In this document: positions 8,248 through 15,517 of the stretch, one piece after another
Position numbering within the stretch: the stretch's first letter is position 1
Layout: each line of letters opens with the position of its first letter
Origin: an uncultured euryarchaeote
GTDB taxonomy: Archaea > Thermoplasmatota > Poseidoniia > Poseidoniales > Poseidoniaceae
DNA: 34,906 nucleotides
NCBI GenBank assembly: GCA_937897365.1
Contig: CALCOP010000155.1
Location: 1-34,906, forward strand
Direction of reading: 5' to 3'
Made by a program: the position numbers and the translations under genes
The notes under the pieces: generated by a model
Told to the model about the DNA's origin: nothing
Seen by the model: the letters and a program-made list of their open reading frames with translations, nothing else
The model's database searches: none

Positions 8248-8799
8248 TCACTTCTTCGCTTTCTTGAACCAAGACATTTTCGAAATGGGCATAGACTTTG
8301 ACGGACCAATTTTTCTGGTTTCCTTGGAATCTTCCTTCTTAGATTTCGCATCTTTGGATTTACTTGCTAAATTTTTCGCCTTTTCAGCAACCTTTTTTGC
8401 AGTTGTCTTGGCTTTGGTTGCGGCTGCTTTCGCCTTAGCAGGTGCCTCTTTCGCAGCTGATTTCGACTTGGAAGTCGCTTTTTTAGCTGCCGTCTTTGAA
8501 GTTGCGGCCGCTTTCTTAGCCGCACTTACAGATTTCTTAGCAGTAGATTTGGTTGCGCTTTTCGCCTTGGATGCAGCTTTTTTTGCTACGCCCGACGCTT
8601 TATCCGCGGCCTTCGCTGCAGCGCTAACTTTCTTAGCAACCGCTGCACTAAGACCTGCATCTTGGAGTTTTTTTGAACCGGCAGAAGCGACTTTGGAAAC
8701 AGTATCAATTTTAGCACTGATCAATTTTTTTGCAGTTGCAGCCCCAATTCCTGGGAGTGCAGTTAACTTTTCAATTTTTGAATTACCCTTTGCAGACAT
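8248..8799 (-). CDS. Helix-hairpin-helix protein with long Lys/Ala-rich histone-H1/Hc1-like tail
   Basis: LTALPGIGAATAKKL HhH motif followed by ~110 aa of KKAA/AKK repeats; GGTGA Shine-Dalgarno before ATG 8799. Confidence 0.75.
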   Translation of the reverse strand: MSAKGNSKIEKLTALPGIGAATAKKLISAKIDTVSKVASAGSKKLQDAGLSAAVAKKVSAAAKAADKASGVAKKAASKAKSATKSTAKKSVSAAKKAAATSKTAAKKATSKSKSAAKEAPAKAKAAATKAKTTAKKVAEKAKNLASKSKDAKSKKEDSKETRKIGPSKSMPISKMSWFKKAKK

Positions 8800-8900
8800 A
8801 GGCTCACCGGTCACTCCATGAGGATGGAACACATCAATTCTTCTCTTCACTCATTTTGAGAAAGGGTTGACTTGATGAAGTTTAAACCAACCCGTAAGAC

Positions 8901-9767
8901 ATGGGCAACCAAAGGTATGGTGAAAGCATACTTGTCGTTTATGCCCAAGTAGGAAAAGCAAAAGCCAACCACCGGGTTGAAAACGATACTCATTTCCTAC
9001 GAGCCAAATCCTTTCGTTTACCGAGTAAAGTCGTGTATCTCGGGGATGTAGCAACCAATACTTTGGCCTACCTTGAACATCCTGAAACACCCTTTTTTTC
9101 AAAACCACCGCAATTCAACGAACAAAAATGGGCGTTTCAAACGCAGAGTGGAGGCCTTCACGTATCCATTTCTTCAGATTCCTATTGGGGTTTAGGATTG
9201 TTTAATTCTGGCTACTTGAACCGAATCGAACTCAAAGGCACTCCTTTAGAGTACAGTCGATTGTTGTTCGATCTTTCCGCATCTTTAGGACATAAACCAT
9301 GGGAATTCACCCACCTTTCTTCTGCAGAAAGGTACCTTGCCAAACATGATGAAAAGGTGTCTATTCAGTCAAATGAACAAACTTGGAAAGATGCATTAGA
9401 GACCGCAAGATCAATGTTTGGAGAGCAGATGTTCATGGTTCAAGAAAAAGCAACGGCGGTTCAAAAACGCATAGAAAAAGCTGCTGAATCCGATAATTGG
9501 AACAAGGTACATGCACAAATTTCTCTCGAGAATGGACTCTTTGACCTCGATATCGCAAAAGGTGCCCTCGCTGATGGGAATGCCCCCAGTTTCGAACGTG
9601 CTTTGGCTCGAGCTGAAGCGTATTTCATTGAAGCAGACCCTGACAATGAAAATGAAAACGGGAGAGATGGATTTTATGACTCGCCACAGGGAAAAATCCT
9701 CGACCAAAAGGAGGATACTGGGGAAGTTATGTTGGTAGATTTAACTTCAAACAGCGAAGAAGAGTAG
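8901..9767 (+). CDS. Hypothetical protein with helical C-terminal half and acidic tail
   Basis: 288-aa ORF filling the gap; CTTGAT element 27 nt upstream; no family recognised. Confidence 0.7.
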   Translation: MGNQRYGESILVVYAQVGKAKANHRVENDTHFLRAKSFRLPSKVVYLGDVATNTLAYLEHPETPFFSKPPQFNEQKWAFQTQSGGLHVSISSDSYWGLGLFNSGYLNRIELKGTPLEYSRLLFDLSASLGHKPWEFTHLSSAERYLAKHDEKVSIQSNEQTWKDALETARSMFGEQMFMVQEKATAVQKRIEKAAESDNWNKVHAQISLENGLFDLDIAKGALADGNAPSFERALARAEAYFIEADPDNENENGRDGFYDSPQGKILDQKEDTGEVMLVDLTSNSEEE

Positions 9768-9822
9768 AATTTTGGCCGCGTCGCGTTGATAAAGGGGTGG
9801 CAACTCGCACAGTTTGTTCCAC

Positions 9823-10014
9823 ATGGCTTCGAAGAAGAAATCCGACGGTAGCGGTATTCAACAGGCTGCAGGTCTTATTCGATATTTCGACGAAGAATCT
9901 GAAGACGCCTGGAAAATTACTCCATTCCAAGTTTATGCCGCATGTATCGGCGTTGGGACTTTTTTCTATCTTGTCAACCAAGGCGTTATTTCATGGATTC
10001 TTGGCCTGTTTTGA
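9823..10014 (+). CDS. secG: Preprotein translocase subunit Sec61beta (archaeal SecG)
   Basis: AGLIRYFDEE...KITP signature followed by one TM helix. Confidence 0.9.
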   Translation: MASKKKSDGSGIQQAAGLIRYFDEESEDAWKITPFQVYAACIGVGTFFYLVNQGVISWILGLF

Positions 10015-10022
10015 AGTAAACT

Positions 10023-10379
10023 TCAAATTGGCTGAATCATGATAATTCGGTTTTCTTTCTGTGCCATGCATTGTGCAACTTTCATCGCAGTTCGCATGTC
10101 CGTCGTGCCACCGATTATTTTCTGGCCTTCAGCGTCGTGAAGAATGAGTTTGTGTGTAAGGTTGTAAAGAACACCTTCTTCGATTCTCTCAAAAACCCAG
10201 TGTTCATTTTCAATTCGAACCATAGCAGGAATTTCGACCAAAGGACCCATTTCAGATCCAATAACTTGCGTACGGGATTTTAATCCTTGAAGGTCTCGAA
10301 CTGGACTCCAGTTTCGCCGACGTATTGGTGCATGTATTCGTTTCTTTTTCTCAACGCCTTCTCTAAATGCTCTGCTCAT
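10023..10379 (-). CDS. Hypothetical protein with basic N-terminus
   Basis: 118-aa ATG ORF filling the gap; no family recognised. Confidence 0.65.
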   Translation of the reverse strand: MSRAFREGVEKKKRIHAPIRRRNWSPVRDLQGLKSRTQVIGSEMGPLVEIPAMVRIENEHWVFERIEEGVLYNLTHKLILHDAEGQKIIGGTTDMRTAMKVAQCMAQKENRIIMIQPI

Positions 10380-10393
10380 GAGGGTCCCATCCC

Positions 10394-10413
10394 TTGAAGT
10401 CGCTCGACTTCAA
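10394..10413. promoter_or_regulatory. Perfect 9-2-9 inverted repeat TTGAAGTCG-CT-CGACTTCAA, candidate operator
   Basis: Exact reverse-complement arms, 15-34 nt upstream of the ATG at 10379. Confidence 0.5.
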
Positions 10414-10584
10414 ACCGAAGCGAACTTGAACCGCTAATAAGAATCGCGACGCGAACAATGGCGTAAAAGGCGTTTTGAAGAATCATTTGGCGATGTCACA
10501 ATGACTCTGTCTAAAGATTTAGCAAATTTTACAATCGGTGGTTTCATCAAATGGTGACGATTCGATAATCCGGAGACGGGCAAG

Positions 10585-10968
10585 ATGAGCGACATTCCAG
10601 AAGGGCAATATTACACCAAAGAACACGAATGGCTACGCGTAGAAGGTGATGTAGTCGTCATTGGAATCACGGACCACGCTCAACATGCGTTAACCGATAT
10701 TGTCTACATCGAACTCCCTGGTGAAGGCGAGATTCTTGGCGATATGGATGAGTTTGCTATCGTCGAATCCGTCAAATCTGCTTCACCGATTTTTGCACCA
10801 TTCGCTGGAGAAATTACTGCTGTTAACGAAGCATTAGAAGATACTCCAGAACTCATGAATTCCGATCCTTATGGAGAAGGATGGATTGTAAAGATGGTTC
10901 TCGAAGACCCAAGTGCCGTTTCGTCTTTGATGGATGCAGCCGGTTACAAAGCTGAGATTGGCGAGTGA
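10585..10968 (+). CDS. gcvH: Glycine cleavage system H protein (lipoyl carrier)
   Basis: YTKEHEW, IGITDHAQ, lipoyl-Lys motif VESVKSAS, NSDPYGEGW. Confidence 0.95.
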   Translation: MSDIPEGQYYTKEHEWLRVEGDVVVIGITDHAQHALTDIVYIELPGEGEILGDMDEFAIVESVKSASPIFAPFAGEITAVNEALEDTPELMNSDPYGEGWIVKMVLEDPSAVSSLMDAAGYKAEIGE

Positions 10969-11510
10969 ATGGCGTGTCTGAGCGCAGATGGAGCCTCTAT
11001 GTTGACGGCTCTTGCCTCGGAAATCAAAATGTCGATGAAAATACGCCCGCCGCATGGGCCGTTGTTGTTGTCACCGGAGACAACGGTTTAGGAAAAGGAA
11101 GTGGAGAACTCTATGAAGAGTTCTCAGACATGGTCGTGACTGATGAAACTCACGAACATTTCATCGGTGCTGAAGTTGGCTCAAATAATACTGCAGAACT
11201 ATCGGGGTTTGCGGCAGCTTTGCGCTGGCTCCTTGTTGAAGGCAGTGATGAGCACGCAGTCATACGTGCCGATTCTCAATATGCGGGTAATTTAGCATCT
11301 GGTGCATGGAAAGCAAAAGCAAATCGCGAACTGGTCGCCCATGTTCAATCGTTATGGGATACAGTATCCAAACTTCGCCCTCTCAGTTGGGAGCATGTGC
11401 GAGCGCACAGGGGGCATCGTTGGAATGAGCGAGCAGACCATCTTGCGCTTCGTAAAGCCCAAGGAGAACTTCCAGTGCCACTCACTTTTTGGAAACCTGG
11501 TCAGCGTTAA
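10965..11510 (+). CDS. rnhA: Ribonuclease HI
   Basis: YVDGSC, NNTAEL, RADSQY and HVRAHRGHRWNERADHLA give the D-E-D-D/H set; GTGA overlap with the gcvH stop. Confidence 0.9.
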   Translation: MNGVSERRWSLYVDGSCLGNQNVDENTPAAWAVVVVTGDNGLGKGSGELYEEFSDMVVTDETHEHFIGAEVGSNNTAELSGFAAALRWLLVEGSDEHAVIRADSQYAGNLASGAWKAKANRELVAHVQSLWDTVSKLRPLSWEHVRAHRGHRWNERADHLALRKAQGELPVPLTFWKPGQR

Positions 11511-12373
11511 TCCTGAGCAAGACGGTCTTTCAACCACGCTGAAAATGACTCCGAAAGGTCGCTGCGACGGAGAGCATGATCAACTTGGGCCTGTAGCCAA
11601 GGCAAGGGTTTTCCTGAATCATACCACTGAAATTGAGCGAGCTCTACGCCAAGTAGACCGTCGTTCTCCATCCAGTGTTTTTGAACTGCGATTGACTGAA
11701 GTTCACCGTATGCCTCAACACTGTATTTTTGCAGTAATGCTCGACAATCAGAGGTGAACAAATATCGCCCGCACAGAACGAGATTGGAGGGCGCTTCTTC
11801 GATCGTTGGTTTCTCTACAATTTCAAGGATTCTTTCACCATCTTGGCGCACCACTCCATAATCGGAGACATCTTCAGGCATTACCTTCAGTAAGCCAACA
11901 CATGGCAAACCATTTTTATTGAAGTTTTCAACCAATTTTAAACTCGCAGTCGAAGGAGAAAACGAATCAGGTGAAGTATGTTTGTCGAGTAAAATATTAT
12001 CTCCAAGGAGAACTAAAAAAGGCCCGCTGATATCGGATAAAGCACACTCAATTGCATTTCCAAGACCGAGCGGTTCTTGTTGAATGTGAACATGAACTTC
12101 GATATCAGCAAAAGGTGAAAGAAGTTGTGAATCAATATCGGGACGTTTCGATTGTAGCCAAGCATTGTCGCCAAGTAAACCTGTCAAATCTTTTCGTGGA
12201 GAAGAAATAATATGAATTCGGCGAACACCTGCTGCAACTGCTTCGCGAGCAAGATGGTGGAGAGCAGGTATATCGACAAGCGGTAGGGCCTCTTTGGGAA
12301 CTGATGCGCTGGTTGGTAACATCCGAGTTCCAAGCCCACCCGCCACTAATAACGCGTCTTCAACCGCCGCCAT
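11507..12373 (-). CDS. galU: UTP-glucose-1-phosphate uridylyltransferase-like nucleotidyltransferase
   Basis: AGGLGTRMLP...PKEALP, QQEPLGLGNAI, LLGDN, YGVV, IVEKP, GRYLF, YDSG. Start at ATG 12373. Confidence 0.8.
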   Translation of the reverse strand: MAAVEDALLVAGGLGTRMLPTSASVPKEALPLVDIPALHHLAREAVAAGVRRIHIISSPRKDLTGLLGDNAWLQSKRPDIDSQLLSPFADIEVHVHIQQEPLGLGNAIECALSDISGPFLVLLGDNILLDKHTSPDSFSPSTASLKLVENFNKNGLPCVGLLKVMPEDVSDYGVVRQDGERILEIVEKPTIEEAPSNLVLCGRYLFTSDCRALLQKYSVEAYGELQSIAVQKHWMENDGLLGVELAQFQWYDSGKPLPWLQAQVDHALRRSDLSESFSAWLKDRLAQD

Positions 12374-12397
12374 GAGACTTGCTGGAGGGGCGTAGGC

Positions 12398-12404
12398 TTT
12401 CAAG
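12398..12404. promoter_or_regulatory. Putative shared bidirectional promoter core TTTCAAG
   Basis: Centre 12401 is 26 nt from ATG 12427 (+) and 28 nt from ATG 12373 (-). Confidence 0.5.
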
Positions 12405-12426
12405 CGTCGCCCACCTGCGTAGCACT

Positions 12427-12849
12427 ATGGGCAGAACTCACGAATGGCGTTGGTTCGCTGTTGCAGGAGTTCTTCTCGTGGCTCAATCCTTCGTTGATAT
12501 TACCCCTGAAGGCCCATGGAACTCACGATCGTTCTCGAGAGGGATGGTCGGCTTAGCTGGATTGTTATGCCTCTATATGGCGTGGTTTCGATGGGCGTTC
12601 GATAGAAAAGGAGTTGCTCCGACAACAAATTTGTGGAAAGAGCCTGAAGAGACATGGAGTACAGTGTTGGTGTTTGGGCTAAGTTGCTTACTCTTCGTCA
12701 AAATAATCGTTTGGTTGGATTATTCAAGATTCTTTCCTGAACCAGCCGGTATGATTGTCACATTGATTGGAAGTTTAGTGGTGCTCAATGCCCTGTATGT
12801 TGGCCTTATTACAGTAGGACCACTTGCGTCTTCATCTGAAGAAGAATGA
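12427..12849 (+). CDS. Hypothetical four-TM membrane protein
   Basis: Four hydrophobic segments; ATG 12427. Confidence 0.7.
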   Translation: MGRTHEWRWFAVAGVLLVAQSFVDITPEGPWNSRSFSRGMVGLAGLLCLYMAWFRWAFDRKGVAPTTNLWKEPEETWSTVLVFGLSCLLFVKIIVWLDYSRFFPEPAGMIVTLIGSLVVLNALYVGLITVGPLASSSEEE

Positions 12850-12850
12850 T

Positions 12851-14335
12851 TCAATCATTGGATTGTCCAGAATCATTGTCAAGAAGAGCACGTGCATCTT
12901 CAACTGATGGCATGGGGCCGGAATCATCCATGTCACTCTTAAGAACAGGAGATTGCTGTGGCAAAGTCGGTTGCTCACCTTCGCCGTTAAACCATGCTCG
13001 CCACAGAACACAGCGCTCGGGCTTACGGTGAGCAAATGCTTCCCAAAAGGGCTCGAGTGAGCAATGTTCCTCTTTGAAATTTTGAAGCCTTGAAGCAAAG
13101 TGTTCGGGGGATACCTCTTCTAATCGCATCAATAATTCGCGCATGCGTGTCCGGACAACTTCATCTCCATCCTGCCACAATGTCGTAAGTAAGCCGTGAT
13201 TATCGCCTGGAAATTGTTCGAGATAAAATCGCAGAAACGGCACCATGTTTCGACGAACAACAGGAAGAGGATGCTTGGACAATGTCATCATTGTATTGAC
13301 CCAGAGATCTACATCAAGGAACCGTAAATCGCCAACAGTCGAACTCGCTGCTGCCAAAACCCCTTCATCGTCGTCATCTAACATATCATTGAGGAATGGA
13401 ACTGCATCCCATTCAAGACGCCGAAACATTCGTGTGAGAATATCAGCCATTCCGCGTTTAATGAGAATTTCTTCACGTGCGTGGAGTCTTTTCGCAAGTC
13501 TGAGTCCCGTATCTCGATTAAACTCTATTGCTTTAGCAAGACAAAGCGTAACTCGTAGTGCAACTTCCTCGTCTGGGTCTGATGCACGGCGAAGAAGAAC
13601 GGCTTCAAGACCGAGAGGTCCAACCAGATTTGGGCGATGCAAAAGGAGGCGTATCCATTCCATCAACAGAAGCCTGCGTTGCGAACCACTGTTTTCGAGT
13701 TGCTCTATCATCCAACAAGCAGCCTTCACCCCAGCATCATGAACAACTACACCTGTATGGCGTGGGATGACTGCTTGAGGATTCCACTCCAACTGATGTG
13801 GCCCCACTTCAGGTTGGGTATGCCAAGTTCCGGGCCGTTCAGCCAGTGCAATCGATTCTACCAAGTGGTATCCTTGATGAACAGGTTGACCTTGAGGTAC
13901 GGTTGACAAGCCGTTGATGAGTGCAACAGCGAGCCACCACCGATCCGTATTTGGTGCGGATTTGTCAAATGCCTGTGCCAACCAATCAGTTGCAACATTG
14001 AAAAGAAGGCGTTCTGCTACTTTGCCGACGCGCCGATGGAGCCATTTTTGATGTACCTCAAATGGATCATCACTCAAATTCATTCGGTGAGGTACGATTA
14101 AGTCGACAACCGTGTTAAGATTCGATTCAAACATTGCCCTGTCAACTTGTAAGATACCATGACCTTGCTCAATAAGAGATTGAGGAGAGAGAGGCTGTAT
14201 CGGGGGAAAGTCGGGATCCGTCATTGGAGGCTGGGGGAGTGGCCATGAAAGCGTGCCGCGTTCCAATGCTTCAACCATGCCAGTGGCAACAGCCTCAAAC
14301 ACTCTATCTGACAGTTTCGTTCGTTCTCTACCCAT
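12851..14335 (-). CDS. HEAT/ARM-repeat protein
   Basis: Repeated L..D.D..VR-type motifs (SDPDEEVAL, DDDDEGVLAAA, HPLPVVRR, QDGDEVVRTR); ATG 14335, 33 nt downstream of tfb. Confidence 0.7.
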   Translation of the reverse strand: MGRERTKLSDRVFEAVATGMVEALERGTLSWPLPQPPMTDPDFPPIQPLSPQSLIEQGHGILQVDRAMFESNLNTVVDLIVPHRMNLSDDPFEVHQKWLHRRVGKVAERLLFNVATDWLAQAFDKSAPNTDRWWLAVALINGLSTVPQGQPVHQGYHLVESIALAERPGTWHTQPEVGPHQLEWNPQAVIPRHTGVVVHDAGVKAACWMIEQLENSGSQRRLLLMEWIRLLLHRPNLVGPLGLEAVLLRRASDPDEEVALRVTLCLAKAIEFNRDTGLRLAKRLHAREEILIKRGMADILTRMFRRLEWDAVPFLNDMLDDDDEGVLAAASSTVGDLRFLDVDLWVNTMMTLSKHPLPVVRRNMVPFLRFYLEQFPGDNHGLLTTLWQDGDEVVRTRMRELLMRLEEVSPEHFASRLQNFKEEHCSLEPFWEAFAHRKPERCVLWRAWFNGEGEQPTLPQQSPVLKSDMDDSGPMPSVEDARALLDNDSGQSND

Positions 14336-14368
14336 GGTGAGACCTCGAGGTTTCAACTGGCGAGTTCA

Positions 14369-15295
14369 TCAAATATCCAATTCAATATTGAGGTTTTGAA
14401 TGAGTTCCTTGTATCGGTTTCGAATGGTGACTTCAGTCACTCCTGCGACTTCAGCAACCTCGCGTTGTGTTCGGCGCTTACCACACAAAACCGATGCGAT
14501 GTAAATAATCGAGGCTGCGATACCGGTTGGGCCTCGACCACTCGTCAATTCTTTCTCCTGCGCCGCCTTAATTAATTCGTAAGCCTTTGCTTCAACTTCA
14601 GCGTCAAGTCCGAGACCGGAACAGAATCTGGAAATATAATCTTCAGGTCCAGTCGGCATAATTTTCATCTTCAATTCTCTGACCATAAATCGGTATGTTC
14701 GTCCGATTTCCTTACGACCAGTTCGAGAAGCCTGTCCAATTTCATCGAGTGTTCGAGGAACACCACATTGACGGCAGGCTGCATAAAGCGATGCTGCCGC
14801 AACACCTTCGATAGAGCGTCCACGAATGAGACGCTTGTCAACCGCTTTCTTGTAATTGACAGCAGCTGCTTCACGAACGGACTTTGGCAACTCCAAGCGA
14901 CTCGCCATACGGTCAAGTTCTGCTAAAGCCATTGCCAGGTTTCGCTCTGTAGCATTCGAGACTCGACTTCGCTTCTGCCACTTACGCATTCGATAAAATT
15001 GAGATCGGTAGCGTGAGTTGATGGTTTTTCCAGAGTAATCTTTGTTTTGCCAGTCAATATCTGTTGAGAGACCTTTGTCGTGAAGCATAACGGTCATTGG
15101 CGCTCCTGTTCGTGCACGTTGGTCGCCTTGCTCAGGAGAGAAAACACGCCATTCTGCGCCTTGATCGATAACATTGTCTTCTAAGACCAATCCACAGTCA
15201 TCACAAATGACTTCACCGCGAGTTTCGTCACGGGTTAAATTTCGACTGCCGCAGTCACTGCATTTTACGATATCTTCTACTTGTTGTTCATCCAT
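14369..15295 (-). CDS. tfb: Transcription initiation factor IIB (TFB)
   Basis: Zn ribbon CSDC...CDDC, B-reader EWRVF...RTGAP, two cyclin repeats (RGRSIEG; GRGPTG...[23 protein letters not shown]). Confidence 0.97.
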   Translation of the reverse strand: MDEQQVEDIVKCSDCGSRNLTRDETRGEVICDDCGLVLEDNVIDQGAEWRVFSPEQGDQRARTGAPMTVMLHDKGLSTDIDWQNKDYSGKTINSRYRSQFYRMRKWQKRSRVSNATERNLAMALAELDRMASRLELPKSVREAAAVNYKKAVDKRLIRGRSIEGVAAASLYAACRQCGVPRTLDEIGQASRTGRKEIGRTYRFMVRELKMKIMPTGPEDYISRFCSGLGLDAEVEAKAYELIKAAQEKELTSGRGPTGIAASIIYIASVLCGKRRTQREVAEVAGVTEVTIRNRYKELIQNLNIELDI

Positions 15296-15517
15296 ATATA
15301 TTCCTCATTTTATCCCATGCCGAGCGCTATTGCTCTATTTTATAGGGAACCTTATTATAGTCCGATAAGGGACACTATTTAAACTCAATGGAGAATATGC
15401 TTAAAGTTGTGGACACAGAAACGGTGCTTTTTTACCCGAAATTACTCTTTTACACCAATGCGTTGTTCCCGAACCCGTTATGAACACTGAGCGCTTGAAA
15501 GGAATTGAGGGGGAGGC

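Noticed and set aside
8231-8821. 196-aa hydrophobic plus-strand ORF (FAALA-rich)
   Set aside because: Antisense shadow of the Lys/Ala-rich gene; the apparent hydrophobicity comes from reverse-complemented Lys and Ala codons.
10414-10584. Possible ncRNA in the intergenic region before gcvH
   Set aside because: No convincing helices or tRNA/sRNA motifs beyond the 20-bp palindrome; adequately explained by two divergent promoters.
9755-12849. C-terminal EEE on two nearby proteins as RimK substrates
   Set aside because: Acidic termini are common in this proteome, and there is no supporting evidence.
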